A DNA stretch of 64,000 nucleotides from Diplonema japonicum. Taxonomy: Eukaryota > Protista > Euglenozoa: Diplonemea. The notes beneath the pieces were generated by a model, which saw nothing but the letters and a program-made list of their open reading frames with translations, searched no databases and had not been told where the DNA came from. The stretch is from positions 248,001 through 312,000 of the forward strand of contig OZ025695.1 in the NCBI GenBank assembly GCA_964019335.1. Reading direction: 5' to 3'. The position numbers were made by a program, and so were the translations under genes. Shown piece by piece: positions 32,055-43,800 of the stretch (position 1 is the first letter of the stretch; each line of letters starts with the position of its first letter).

Positions 32055-32915
32055 TTAGCGAGGCATAAAGGACTTCCTCCCATCGAACTTCTCAGGTACC
32101 GTCTCTCCCGCTACTGTTGTACGGTGTAAAATCCGAAGCCCTGCTTTGTTCGGGTCGTTTTGGGTACCTGGTGCGGCGTAGTGTGCGTTGCCTAAATTGT
32201 CGTTTATAGCAAAGTCTCCAACTTCCCATTTCATCTTGACACCTATTTTGTCGACGGCGGCTTCACAAGCTGCGGACAATTCCTGTTGTATAACCCTTCC
32301 GGCGAGAACTCTCTGTATTTCCCTGAGGGCGGTGTTCTCATTGGTGTCGTCTTCTCCCCAACCGGAACAGAACGATGGCCCGCAATGAAACATCATGGTG
32401 GTGTCGCCACGGACTGGGTGCTTGTACACTAAAGGGTGTACTGGACCGCGGTCTGTTAGCAACCAGTATCGGTTCCAGCGTTCTTGGGTTTCTTTGTCCT
32501 GCAGCTCGTACAGTTCTTTCAACGGGACGAAGTGTGTTGCCCCACCGTCGCACACCGCGTGGAAGTGCATTGTTTGGTACTTAAAAGGACTGCTTTGGAA
32601 AGTCCCGTCAACGTGCCACCCTGTCCTCCCCACACCGGTGCAGCCTTCCATTTCATTGTTAGAGACGCGGAAGATGTCCGGATGCGGGCTTTTGGGGTGT
32701 TTGTAGAATGTGCTTTCCACAGTTCCGAGTTTTTTCGTGATTTCTACTTGTCTTGCGCCGGGGACCATACCTTGTTCCTTGAACACCAGGACCCTGTAAG
32801 TTTTCATGTCTTCTTTGATCATATCTATGAACTCGTCGGTCAGATCTGCTTCCTTTAGGTCCACTCCCCTCACTTCCGCGCCGAAGCCTTCTCGTAACGG
32901 GGTCAGGTTATACAT
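32055..32915 (-). CDS. TauD/TfdA 2-oxoglutarate dioxygenase
   Basis: GFGAEVRGVDL, WHVDGTF, WEVGD..DN..H, RILHRTTV; first ATG at 32915. Confidence 0.9.
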   Translation of the reverse strand: MYNLTPLREGFGAEVRGVDLKEADLTDEFIDMIKEDMKTYRVLVFKEQGMVPGARQVEITKKLGTVESTFYKHPKSPHPDIFRVSNNEMEGCTGVGRTGWHVDGTFQSSPFKYQTMHFHAVCDGGATHFVPLKELYELQDKETQERWNRYWLLTDRGPVHPLVYKHPVRGDTTMMFHCGPSFCSGWGEDDTNENTALREIQRVLAGRVIQQELSAACEAAVDKIGVKMKWEVGDFAINDNLGNAHYAAPGTQNDPNKAGLRILHRTTVAGETVPEKFDGRKSFMPR

Positions 32916-33140
32916 TGTTTTGTCGCACTGGTTGCTTGGAGATGAAAATGTGTTCCACCGGGCCTGCGTCGCGCACACCACTGAGGCTACTCTTAAAATG
33001 GCTATTTTAAATGTGTGTATGTGCGTTCGCTATTTTTATTATTATTTTCTTTTTTATTTCAAAATAAAAATAAAAATAAACTATGATGCGACGGTGAACA
33101 ACAACAAAAAGGTGTGTGTGTGTTTATTCCCCCCCCTTCC

Positions 33141-34412
33141 CTATTTCTTTTCCACCTCCACCTCCACTTCCTCTTCCTCTTCCACTTCGTCTTTCTCCTC
33201 CTTGTCCTTCAAAGGGTGGTCTTGAATGTACCGGTAGGCATTGGATCTCTGGTTCCTGAGAACTGGCAGGATCTGGTCCCCCTCGGGGCGTTTGCGTGCG
33301 ACGATGATGGCAGGGAGCTTCCCACCTGTTTTAACGACACGTGCGTGCAGGATATCCCAACCACCGGAAGTGCGCAGAAGGCCGACAGTCACATAGTCAT
33401 GGAGGACAATGCACGTGAGGATTCCACCCGGTTTCAAGGCACCCCAGCAAGAAGCAATGGAGCCTTTGTAAAGCTCTTTGATATCGGCCGTGGCGCCGGT
33501 TTTGAGCCCCCATGGGAAGTTGCTGATGATTTTGTCGAACTTGAAATCGTAGGTTTTGTGAAGGGTGCGTGCGTTGCCCTGCACGAACTTCACCCTGTCG
33601 TTGAGACCCGCTGCTTCCGCGTTCTTGGTCGATCCCTTCACGGCAGCCATGGAGCGATCCAGCCCCCAGCATTTTGTGTTGGGAAACACTTCAAGAGATT
33701 CCAACAGAATAGTCCCGCTTCCCACGAACGGGTCTAAGATCATGTCCCCGTCCTTAACGCCAGACATGTGAAGCATAGCGTAGGCTACGTTGGGCTTCAA
33801 CGTCACTGTGCGGACGAACGCTAGCTTGTGTCGTTTGCTCAAAGGGACTTCATTCAAAAGAGTGCAAACGGTGACCGTGTTTATGTGCACATCTACCCTC
33901 ACACACACCATGAAATTCTTCATTTTTGCCGGCAAGCTGTAGCGTTCGTGAAGTGCGCCGCCTACTTCCATCTCCACGTCTGTCGACTGGAAGCTGTGCT
34001 TTCCCATTCGTTGGCATGTCACTCTGAAGTGCGCTGCGGTTTTTAAGCTTGTTACATCAATGTCGCAGTCGGGTTTCTTCAGAATATCGTAAAGCTGCAG
34101 GGGTGGGTTCTCGCCTTGCGGGACAGGGAGGCTTCCGTGGTACTGTAGAATGTCGTGTACGCTGCGCATTGTGACCAGAACCTCCATCAGGCTGTTGTTC
34201 TTGTGGTCGTCCGTTCCCTCCACCTTCAGCATCACGCACGAGACCAACCCTTGCGGCCCGTTGATGGCTTGTATCTTCAAGCTTTTCCACTCGATTTCCA
34301 CCGAACCCCCTTCTTCCACCGCGCTCTCTTCAACTTGAAGCTTTGCTTGAATTTCATTAATGACAACATCCGCGATGCCCAAGGACGTGGTGAGGAGGTA
34401 CGTGACAGGCAT
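33141..34412 (-). CDS. THUMP-domain RNA (tRNA m2G) methyltransferase
   Basis: FRVTCQRMGKHSF, LKPNVAYAM, LDPFVGSGTILLE, ISNFPWG. Confidence 0.88.
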   Translation of the reverse strand: MPVTYLLTTSLGIADVVINEIQAKLQVEESAVEEGGSVEIEWKSLKIQAINGPQGLVSCVMLKVEGTDDHKNNSLMEVLVTMRSVHDILQYHGSLPVPQGENPPLQLYDILKKPDCDIDVTSLKTAAHFRVTCQRMGKHSFQSTDVEMEVGGALHERYSLPAKMKNFMVCVRVDVHINTVTVCTLLNEVPLSKRHKLAFVRTVTLKPNVAYAMLHMSGVKDGDMILDPFVGSGTILLESLEVFPNTKCWGLDRSMAAVKGSTKNAEAAGLNDRVKFVQGNARTLHKTYDFKFDKIISNFPWGLKTGATADIKELYKGSIASCWGALKPGGILTCIVLHDYVTVGLLRTSGGWDILHARVVKTGGKLPAIIVARKRPEGDQILPVLRNQRSNAYRYIQDHPLKDKEEKDEVEEEEEVEVEVEKK

Positions 34413-34544
34413 TCTTTTCTCTCTTTTTTTTTCTTCTTTTCCACCCCTTCCTCTTTTTTTTTTTTTTTTTAATAGTTTATTCTGAAAATAAAAAAGCAGG
34501 GTGGGGGGCGGGGGGGGGAACATATTCTTTTTTTTCCCCTCTTC

Positions 34545-35246
34545 TTAACTCTTTTTCCCGCCTTGTTCCTGGTTGGCGATCTGTTGTTCCAGCTTCTGCT
34601 GGTACTTCGCAACTTCTTTATCGATGTCGATATATTCGCTGATTTTACGAACGGCGGATGGGAGGGAGACCAAGAGGAAGGGGGAGGAAAAAGATGAAAC
34701 GCATGCCCCGCCCGCCATCGCAGAGAAGGTGTGCGCCGTAGAAGCAGATACACCCGAATAGTACATCAAAGAGTCGGTGATGGTGAAGGGATCATGAACG
34801 AGGAGGTATGTGAACAGAAGACACAACGCAAGCCCTATCATGTCACGCGCAAGGAAATAGGCTGCTCCGTAGCTGTTCACAAATGCGGTCGATTTTTCCC
34901 AATATTCTGCCAGTTTTGGGTACCGGGCCCAAAATTTTTCAGCGGATTCCGGAGTTGTCCCCACCCCCCCACTCAGCAGCCTCGACACTTCGATGGTCTT
35001 CAAAAAAGGGAACACCTTCGCCAGGCCCACCGCGCCGAGCATGTCTAGAGGGAGCCTTATTTTTTTTATGGGTCTGGTCACCGCGAAGGCCAGAGCCAGT
35101 TCAACGGGGAGTCCCACCGCCCCGCTCGCCATGCTTGCCGTGCTGAATATCCCTGTTCGTGCCAAAAACATGTAGAACATGCAGTTGCTCGGAGACTTTC
35201 TCATCACCTCATTGATACTCGCTACCCATTTTTGGGTTCCTCGCAT
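34545..35246 (-). CDS. Membrane protein, DUF1279/FAM210-like
   Basis: LALAFAVTRPIKKIRLPL motif and hydrophobic segments. Confidence 0.55.
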   Translation of the reverse strand: MRGTQKWVASINEVMRKSPSNCMFYMFLARTGIFSTASMASGAVGLPVELALAFAVTRPIKKIRLPLDMLGAVGLAKVFPFLKTIEVSRLLSGGVGTTPESAEKFWARYPKLAEYWEKSTAFVNSYGAAYFLARDMIGLALCLLFTYLLVHDPFTITDSLMYYSGVSASTAHTFSAMAGGACVSSFSSPFLLVSLPSAVRKISEYIDIDKEVAKYQQKLEQQIANQEQGGKKS

Positions 35247-35339
35247 TTTTTTCTCTTTTTTTTTTTTTTTCTCTTTGGAACGAGGTTAGAACCGTCTTAA
35301 CAGAAGGACAAAAAGAAAAAAAAACGGAAAAAGAACTAA

Positions 35340-35579
35340 CTAGCTCATTCTCGTCATCCCGCCGAAAAGTTTGTTGCAGACCTTGCACTTCCCGCCTGTG
35401 GCCGTTTTCATGGCGCACGATTTGCAGAACACCGGGTGCCCGCAGGGACGGGTTTGGTATTCGATTTTTTTTTTCTGGCAACCGAGGCAGAGGCCGTCTG
35501 GGGCCGTTGGGCGGTCCACGAACTCCTCATCGCTATCGACATCTTGCTCATATTCCACTACATTGACAGGAATGGACAT
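35340..35579 (-). CDS. Small RING (C3HC4-type) protein
   Basis: CLGC..PCGH..CKSCA..CKVC. Confidence 0.75.
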   Translation of the reverse strand: MSIPVNVVEYEQDVDSDEEFVDRPTAPDGLCLGCQKKKIEYQTRPCGHPVFCKSCAMKTATGGKCKVCNKLFGGMTRMS

Positions 35580-35979
35580 GTGGTGCCGTTCGCAATTCCC
35601 CCTTTCACCCCCCACTCCTAGTTTCGGGGAGGGTTTTTTTTGAGTGGACAAAAAAAGGGGGGGGGGGGTACTTACTTCACACAAAAATGAACAAAAAACC
35701 GATCAGAGAAGACAGGCAACGTTATTTATTCTAACTTCTTTTCTTTCTTTACTTTTGTGCACAACGGCTACAAAAGCATGCCCCTCTCTCTTTTTTTTTT
35801 TTTTTTTTTCTTTGATTATGTTTCTGTTCAACGTAAATAAAAAGAAAAAGGGAAAAAAAATAATGGAATGGGCCAACACACGTTACCCTGGGCGGGTTCG
35901 AAGAAAGGTAATTTTCTTTTCGAAGCGATAAAAAAATAAAAAATAAAAAAAGAGGTAATTCTGATTTTTTTTTTTTTCA

Positions 35980-37281
35980 TCACCAAACATAAACCCAAGC
36001 ATAGCTCACCACGGTGGACACTGTGGGGTTCCCGACGGTGATGCCCTTCTGGGTGTAGCATTTGGTCTTCATGGTCGGGTCAAGGACGTCACCGTTCCTC
36101 CAGAGCACCCTCAGCCCGTCGTTGAAGAAGAGAGGGTCCTGGTCGTGCATTCGGTAAGCCGACCAGGTAACCTTCCCGTTCCCGCTCACAAGGTGTGTGT
36201 TCCCCGACACAGGGAACCTGAAGGTCCCCGCGTTGAAGTACCAACCGCTGTCGAAGTAGTCCTCCGTCCCTGTCGACAACAGCACACCAGGGAAGGACTC
36301 GTTGTACGGGCTGAACGAATGGTAGCATCCTTCAAGGAAGTTCAGGTCATTGGACGCAACAGCGATTGTAGACGCGAAGTGGATCCCGCTCCCGGACTTC
36401 ACGTCCGTCACAGCAAGCCATTCCAACGGCTGCAGCTCCCCTTCGAACTTCTGAAGTAAAAGCTTCGCTGTCTTCGGGAGGGTGTACCCACCCACCTGTA
36501 TCGGCATGTCGCGAGCACCTCGAACAATGAAGTAGAACTCCGGTGTCTGTATCAACGTATTTCTATGGAACAACGTGACACGGACCGACGACGTGAAAGG
36601 GATACGGAAATTCATAAACCAAGCAGGGCTTGAACTGTTGGGACCACCGGCACCAAGGCCCATCCACTTGGTACCCCAGATGGACGCTGAGTCGTTGAAA
36701 CCAACACCAGCAGCCATGAGAGGCGACATGTCTATAGAAGGCGTGGCCTCACCGTCAATATAGATACGGATGGTCAGAGCGTCCACACATTCCTTAACAC
36801 ATGTGGTCCACAGGTGTGTGATGACCCCTGTGGACCCGGGCGGGACACGGTGGAAAAATGCGTTTGTTTCTCTTGCTGGAAGGAACCAGTTGGCAAGACC
36901 CGTTCCAAAGTGGTACCTGTATGTTTCGTCGTCACCGCAATGGCATAAACGTTGTGCTGATGGATCGTGGCCGTTGCAGTAGTCAGCTTGTGTAGGAAGG
37001 TCTTTGTACCCTAAACACATGGTGTAGTCGGCGTGGGTGGGGTCGGAGATGTACGCGGGTTCCCAGCCTCGGAAGCGGACGCCGTTGTTTTTCGTTCCGT
37101 TGCATTGTGCTCCGAGTTTTTGTAGCAGTGTGGTCGAGTCGTTGGTTTCGATGTTCAAGAGGCATTTCTTTCCTTTTGTTCCACAGACGTACGCACATGA
37201 ATCCCCTTGGGCACCAAGGACATATTCGTCTGCTTGGGATGCAATTGTCGCTGCTGTCAGAACAATAAGGAACTGTTTCAT
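35980..37281 (-). CDS. Secreted DUF2961 (GH172-like) protein with Cys-rich N-domain, paralogue 1
   Basis: Signal peptide; IRIYIDGE, IPF, FLEG, TGTEDYF..GWYF, SAYRMH..DP. Confidence 0.8.
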   Translation of the reverse strand: MKQFLIVLTAATIASQADEYVLGAQGDSCAYVCGTKGKKCLLNIETNDSTTLLQKLGAQCNGTKNNGVRFRGWEPAYISDPTHADYTMCLGYKDLPTQADYCNGHDPSAQRLCHCGDDETYRYHFGTGLANWFLPARETNAFFHRVPPGSTGVITHLWTTCVKECVDALTIRIYIDGEATPSIDMSPLMAAGVGFNDSASIWGTKWMGLGAGGPNSSSPAWFMNFRIPFTSSVRVTLFHRNTLIQTPEFYFIVRGARDMPIQVGGYTLPKTAKLLLQKFEGELQPLEWLAVTDVKSGSGIHFASTIAVASNDLNFLEGCYHSFSPYNESFPGVLLSTGTEDYFDSGWYFNAGTFRFPVSGNTHLVSGNGKVTWSAYRMHDQDPLFFNDGLRVLWRNGDVLDPTMKTKCYTQKGITVGNPTVSTVVSYAWVYVW

Positions 37282-37966
37282 TTTTTTTTTTTCCAAATTT
37301 TTTAATCCCGCTTCCCTCTCCGACTTTTGTACAGGTATTGTGATTGGAAAGAAAAAAAAAAAAAAAAAAAAAAGAAGAAAACAGGGAAGCGAAAAAAAAA
37401 AAAGAAGAAGAAAAAAAGTAATTCCAAGAAAAGAAGGAAAAAAAAAAGGTGTTAATTATTTTTTTTATTTTAATGTAACCCTTACTTTTTTCCCCCCTTA
37501 AAAATTCCCTTTTTTTTTTAAAAGTTTTTTTTTCCAGCGTTTCCTGATGGGGGGATAAGGGGGAAAAAAAATAAATAAAAACAGAAGACAAGAAGGGGAA
37601 ATAAAATAGAGGAGGATTTAACTAGTGAGGTATTAAGAATGGGGATTAGAGAGAAAACTAAAATGAGGGGGGATAAATTTATTTTTTTTTTCTTTCGTTC
37701 TTTTCTTTCTTTCTTTTTTTTTTTTTTTTACCTGTTGTTAGTGCCAACTGAGGACACAAGCGCAACCCCCCCCGCCAATCCGTTTTAGGTTCCGTTATCA
37801 ATTGTTCTTTTTTTTGATTTTTCATTTTTTTAAAGAAATTAATTTTTTTTTTTCCTTCAGTTTTTATTAATTTTTTTTAATAGTAGTTCTTTTTTTAAGA
37901 AGAGAAGAAAAAAAGAAACCTAAGTTCAACAAAGTTAACACAACCCCCCCCAAAGCGAATCCAGAG

Positions 37967-37998
<32 letters not shown>

Positions 37999-38128
37999 AT
38001 ATATTTTTTTTTCTGTACCGTTCGCTTTAATATGAAAATAAAAAAATAAAAAATAGCCCATACCGTAACAACCTTAAAAAAAAAAAAAAAGAAAGAAAAC
38101 GGGGAAAAAAAAAAAAAAAAAAAAAAAC

Positions 38129-39000
38129 TCACAGCGCCTTCACGCCCTCAGGCATCTTGAGGGTCCTAGGGTTCTCCCATGTGAAACCCTTCTCGGAGGT
38201 CCTGCCGAAGTGCCCCATCGAGGCAGTCTCGGAGTAGATGGGCCTCCTGAGGTCAAGGTCCTTGATGATGTCGTAGGGCCTAAGACGGAAGTTGGCGGTG
38301 ACAATCTTGAGAAGGTCCTCGTCAGAGTACTTCCCGGTACCGTAGCTGTCCACATAGATAGAGAGGGGCTCAGCGACACCGATGGCGTAGGCAAGCTGCA
38401 CAATGCACCTCTTGGCAAGGCCGCCAGCAACGATCGACTTGGCGATCCATCTGGCCGCGTAACAGGCAGACCTGTCCACCTTGGTAGGGTCCTTCCCGGA
38501 GAAGGCACCACCACCGTGTGCGCCCCACCCACCGTAGGTGTCAACAATGATCTTCCTCCCGGTCAGACCAGCGTCACCCTGCGGCCCACCGATCACGAAC
38601 CTGCCAGAGGGGTTCAAGTGGTAGATGGTCTTCTCGTCAAGGTACTTGGCAGGGATGACCTCCTTGCACAGTGCCTTCAGGTCTTCCCTGATCTTCTCGT
38701 TGGTGACTTCCTCGCAGTGCTGCGAGGAGATCAGAATGCAGTGCACGCGGAGGGGCGTCAGGAGCTTGGCGGCACCCTTCTCTTCGACCTTGTACTCCAC
38801 GGTGACCTGTGTCTTGGCGTCAGGGCGGGCCCATGCGAGGGATCCGTTGTTACGCTTCTCGGAGTGCTTCTGGGCAAGCTGACGAGCAAGCTCGTAGGAG
38901 AGGGGCATCAGTGTCTCGGTCTCGTCGGTGGCGTACCCGAACATGAGGCCCTGGTCACCGGCGCCGAGCTCGGCTTCGTGTTCGTACTGGGTGCACTGGC
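38129..39000 (-). CDS. MAT: S-adenosylmethionine synthetase (5' part lost in the assembly gap)
   Basis: [45 protein letters not shown]. Confidence 0.95.
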
Positions 39001-39200
39001 NNNNNNNNNNNNNNNNNNNNNNNNNNNNNNNNNNNNNNNNNNNNNNNNNNNNNNNNNNNNNNNNNNNNNNNNNNNNNNNNNNNNNNNNNNNNNNNNNNNN
39101 NNNNNNNNNNNNNNNNNNNNNNNNNNNNNNNNNNNNNNNNNNNNNNNNNNNNNNNNNNNNNNNNNNNNNNNNNNNNNNNNNNNNNNNNNNNNNNNNNNNN
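39001..39200. other. Assembly gap (200 N)
   Basis: N run; too short for the missing MAT N-terminus, so probably a placeholder length. Confidence 0.95.
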
Positions 39201-39231
39201 ATTTTTCGTTCTTTTTTTTTTTCTTCTTTCA

Positions 39232-40521
39232 TCACCAAACATAAACCCAAGCATAGCTCACCACGGTGGACACTGTGGGGTTCCCGACGGTGATGCCCTT
39301 CTGGGTGTAGCATTTGGTCTTCATGGTCGGGTCAAGGACGTCACCGTTCCTCCAGAGCACCCTCAGCCCGTCGTTGAAGAAGAGAGGGTCCTGGTCGTGC
39401 ATTCGGTAAGCCGACCAGGTAACCTTCCCGTTCCCGCTCACAAGGTGTGTGTTCCCCGACACAGGGAACCTGAAGGTCCCCGCGTTGAAGTACCAACCGC
39501 TGTCGAAGTAGTCCTCCGTCCCTGTCGACAACAGCACACCAGGGAAGGACTCGTTGTACGGGCTGAACGAATGGTAGCATCCTTCAAGGAAGTTCAGGTC
39601 ATTGGACGCAACAGCGATTGTAGACGCGAAGTGGATCCCGCTCCCGGACTTCACGTCCGTCACAGCAAGCCATTCCAACGGCTGCAGCTCCCCTTCGAAC
39701 TTCTGAAGTAAAAGCTTCGCTGTCTTCGGGAGGGTGTACCCACCCACCTGTATCGGCATGTCGCGAGCACCTCGAACAATGAAGTAGAACCCGCCGAAAG
39801 GTGCTCCCGACTGGTGATGCAATGTAACACGGATGGACTTCGTGAAGGGAATACGGAAGTTGTTGAACCAGGCCTGCCCGTTGCCACCGTTGCCAGCACC
39901 AAGGCCCATCCACTTGGTGCCCCAAGGGGCGTGGGAGTCGTTGAAACCAACACCAGCAGCCATAGGGGGGAGCATGTCGATGGACGGTGTCGTCTCACCA
40001 TCGATGTAGAACCTGATAACTGTCCCGTCAACGCAAGACTGCGAGCAGGTGGTCCAGATGTGTGTGATGGACCCTACGGACCCAGCAGGGAGGCTGTGGG
40101 CAAAGACAGTCGTCTCTTTGGCAGGGAGTTCCCAGCTACTGAGGCCGGTGCCGAAGTGATTACGGTAAGTATTGTCACCCTCGCAGTTGCAAAGCCTTTG
40201 GACGGTGGAGTACGCAGAATTACAGTTGTCGTAGTCAGGGACGCCCTTGTACCCAAGACACTCTCCGTAGTTGGGGTCTGTTGGGTCAGAGACGTACCCA
40301 GGCTGGTTGGATGAGTACCATGTCCCGTTGTGGGTGGGGGGCTTGGCGCAGTTGATTCCCAAGCCGCTGAAGAGGTCGGTGTTGTTGTTTGTGACGATCT
40401 TCGGGTTGCACTTCAAACCCTGTGAGTTGCACACCACGTCGCAGGATTCCCCCGCCTTGCCCAGGCTGTACTTTCCGGATACGACAGCGCTGCCCGCAAG
40501 CAGCAGCAGAGCCGTTTTCAT
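39232..40521 (-). CDS. Secreted DUF2961 (GH172-like) protein, paralogue 2
   Basis: Same motifs as paralogue 1; 3' about 560 bp identical to it. Confidence 0.8.
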   Translation of the reverse strand: MKTALLLLAGSAVVSGKYSLGKAGESCDVVCNSQGLKCNPKIVTNNNTDLFSGLGINCAKPPTHNGTWYSSNQPGYVSDPTDPNYGECLGYKGVPDYDNCNSAYSTVQRLCNCEGDNTYRNHFGTGLSSWELPAKETTVFAHSLPAGSVGSITHIWTTCSQSCVDGTVIRFYIDGETTPSIDMLPPMAAGVGFNDSHAPWGTKWMGLGAGNGGNGQAWFNNFRIPFTKSIRVTLHHQSGAPFGGFYFIVRGARDMPIQVGGYTLPKTAKLLLQKFEGELQPLEWLAVTDVKSGSGIHFASTIAVASNDLNFLEGCYHSFSPYNESFPGVLLSTGTEDYFDSGWYFNAGTFRFPVSGNTHLVSGNGKVTWSAYRMHDQDPLFFNDGLRVLWRNGDVLDPTMKTKCYTQKGITVGNPTVSTVVSYAWVYVW

Positions 40522-40865
40522 GTTTTTTTTTTTCTTTTTTTTTTCTTTTTGTGTGTCTGGCTGTTGATGTGGTCGGAATCAGACAGTTTAAACAAAAAAC
40601 AAATCTCAGAAAAAAAGAGAATGGAAAAAAAAAAAAAAAGCGACCTTTTTTTTTTTTTTTTTTAAGAAGAAAATAATATGGCAGAATCTTTGTGCGCGTT
40701 TTTTTTTTGTTTTTTTGTTTTGTTTTCTTTGTTTTGTTTTTTTTTTCGCTCGAGTAAGGGAAAGAGAAAGAAAAAAAAAAAAGGTAAAGGTGAAAAAACC
40801 TGCTTATTTTGAATACCCCCCCCCCCCCCCCATCCCTTACTCGGGCGCGGAAAAGTAATACAAAT

Positions 40866-43800
40866 TCAGGGTTCGCATGCATCAGGGGAGGGGAGGTTGA
40901 GGAAGTCGCCGCAAACACTGAAGTCCGCCAGGACGCCTGTTCCAGTGGCCGCCCAGTCCTCTTCTCCAGTGAAGTTCCAAGAACGGCCTTCCTCCCAGTA
41001 AAGTCCAAAACGCCCCTGCAGCAGGGACCTTGAGCTAGAGGCGTTCAAGAATGACGGGGCTTTCCCATTCTCAGCCAGCTTGGATGCGAGAAACTTCGCA
41101 TCTTTGTTGTGAAATATGATGTTGCACCGCAAATAGAGCCCTTCGCTTTCATTGTTATACGCCCCGTGCCGGACAAGCCCCTCCTGCAGGATCCTCTTCG
41201 CCTGCTCACGTTTACCCACAGGATTGATATAGTACTGTGAGATAATAAAAGAAGAAGAAAAAAAAAACTTTTCATACATTCTCAAAACCCCAATCTTGCT
41301 CACTCAGCAGCTCGAACTGCGCACGGAAGTAACTCTCAGCTATCGATTCATGCAAGCCGTTGTCGATGCTCCCAAGGGAGACACCCAACCCTAGAGGAAT
41401 CACGTTCATGCTACGAACGCCCTGAAAAGAGGCAAAATTAACATTTCTTTTTTTTTTTTTGTTTGACACACCTGAGCCTGAGCGGCTTTGAATATAACCT
41501 CATACATCGTTCGGATACGGTGGTGGAGTTCGCTCCGTTTGTTTTTTTTGAAGTATTTCCAAGGTTTCCACCCGGTCCCGACTTTATGGAAGAACTTTGG
41601 TGCTTCAATAGAATCGAGACTGCTGAAATTGAGCCCCGCTGCGGAGATGAACGTGACACGCCCTGCGGACTTGGGTGCGATGTGATTGTGCCGGCCATCG
41701 ACACCGGAGGTGAAGAAATAGCCCCGTTGAGAGATACAGATTTCGGTGGCGAGCTCTGCGAGGGATTTGCCGAGCGTGAGGTGTGCGTGGCGTTTGGAAT
41801 CGAAGTGGAATTCGTAGTGTTTCTCCCGGACTTTTTTCACCCAGGACGCGAACTCCGCTTGCAACCTGGCGATCTCTTCCTTGTTGTTGATGAGTTCCAT
41901 GTACTGTTGTTTGATAGCGAGGAGGATCTTGTTTCTGTACCGAATCCGCTCGGCTTTCTTCGTCTGCTTTGCAGGACAAAAGTGCGCAACGTTCGGCGAC
42001 TCGATGTTACGCTCATGCTTCACCACGTCTGCTCTGATGACGTCCATTTGCTTCGTGCACTCATCGCCCCACTCCGCAATAACGCTTAACGGTGTCGCGT
42101 CAAAAATCGAGAAAAAAACAGCATATTCCTTCGCTGCTGTGAACCTCCCCACAAGTTCCTTATAAAACGCAAGAGGGAGTAATGACGAGGTGACGATCTT
42201 CGTGGATCTCACCAGCTGTTGAATCTCTCCCTTTGAAATCTTGAACACCGCCCTCCCGTACAGCTGAGACAGATCCGGGTACGCCGCCCAGTTCCGACCC
42301 TTCTCAAGGTCGAAGTACTCCTCCAACTGATCCTTCGAGTCGCTGAACTCGTTTCGATGCACCTTTTCCATCGTCCCCGCGCTTATTTCTATCATTTCCC
42401 CGCTTGGTTGGGTTAGAATACATTGTTTTAGCCTGCATGATGGCAGGTAATAAAGTTCTCCTGGTCCTTTTCGATTGTGCACGTCTCTTCCTAAAAGGCT
42501 AAGGAAAGTATAGGCTGGCCGGAGCGTAACAGGAAGCATTCTCTTTTTATCGAGGGATCTGTGGGTTTTGTAGTCGTAGCCTTCTTGTGGTGTGTCGGAC
42601 TTGATGACGCACTTCGCGAACTCGTTCACGTTGGACAGGATGTTGACTGCGTCGGCGAACTCGCGCTCGCGCTCTGCCTTGTGGAGGTACATGGCTGCTT
42701 TGCTGTAGTAGATGTCATAGTCGGCGCCTTCTCTTTCCTTGTCTTTGCCTTCTTCAGAGTACCATGTGTCGTCGTGGGGGATGCGGTCGAAGTTGCACGG
42801 CGACGAGCACTCGACCCCGCGGAGCTTCTTCTCCACCCTGTCCACTTCCTGCCCTACCTTGCTGCACCATCGTGTCAGCTCCTCATCTGTCGAGAACAGC
42901 CCACCGCGGGCGGTTAAACCAATCTCCACAACGTTCCCCTTCAGCTCCACGTCCGTCACAACGAACGTCGACAAAGCAGGAAGGAGGACATCGTAGCGGT
43001 GGTTGCAGAGAAGCGTGACTTTTGTCGCACGGACAAGACCTCTTGCTATGAAGTGCAGCGTGTTCACGTTGCCGCCTGCAGTGGGCTTTGCTCTGAATGG
43101 CATGGACGAGTCGTACTCTGCCCATAGGGTCGGGTCCGCACTGCTGTAAATACGGCCGGTTTGGAGCCTCAAATGATATTCCACAATAGGACACGGGACG
43201 TTGACGATGGTACGATGAAGCACCATGTCGGACTCGGCGGAGAGGATGAGGTTGCTGTTTAGAGCGCCCCAGAACTTCGCCCATTTGTAGATGCGGTTCT
43301 TGGACTGCTCGAGGACAGAGCGCCCACCGAAGACCTCGGGTTGTTGTAAGTTCATCGATGCGATTTGTATCTCCTGCTGCACCATGACGTCGTTGGTCTG
43401 TTTGTCCACTATCGCCTTTTCCCAGTCGCCGTCTTCGGGCAGCCAATCCTTCTCTAGGACGTACACACCGTTTTTGTTTCTTTTCTTGCATTCCGCTGAT
43501 TCTCTGTCGATTTCCCATGCTTCCTGGTCTTGCCATGACATGACCCCTGCAGAGCATGAGCCGTTCATACATGTCCAGTTTGGCTTGCATGGGTACGTGA
43601 TCCCAGTTCCGCCCTGTCTTGCTTTGTCGTATGCTGGCATCATGTCTTGCCGAAATCCAAAGGAGTACAAGTAGTACAGGAGCAGTGTGACGTGGCTTTT
43701 CCCGAACGGGATCGAATTCTTCAGCTCGGAGCATTCCAGAGCGAGACCGCCGGCGTAGAGGGAGATCCCGCCGAGCTCCTCCATGGTGATGGGCCTTGAG

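Noticed and set aside
38129-39313. 394-aa ORF joining an unrelated N-terminus to MAT
   Set aside because: Artefact of translating through the N gap.
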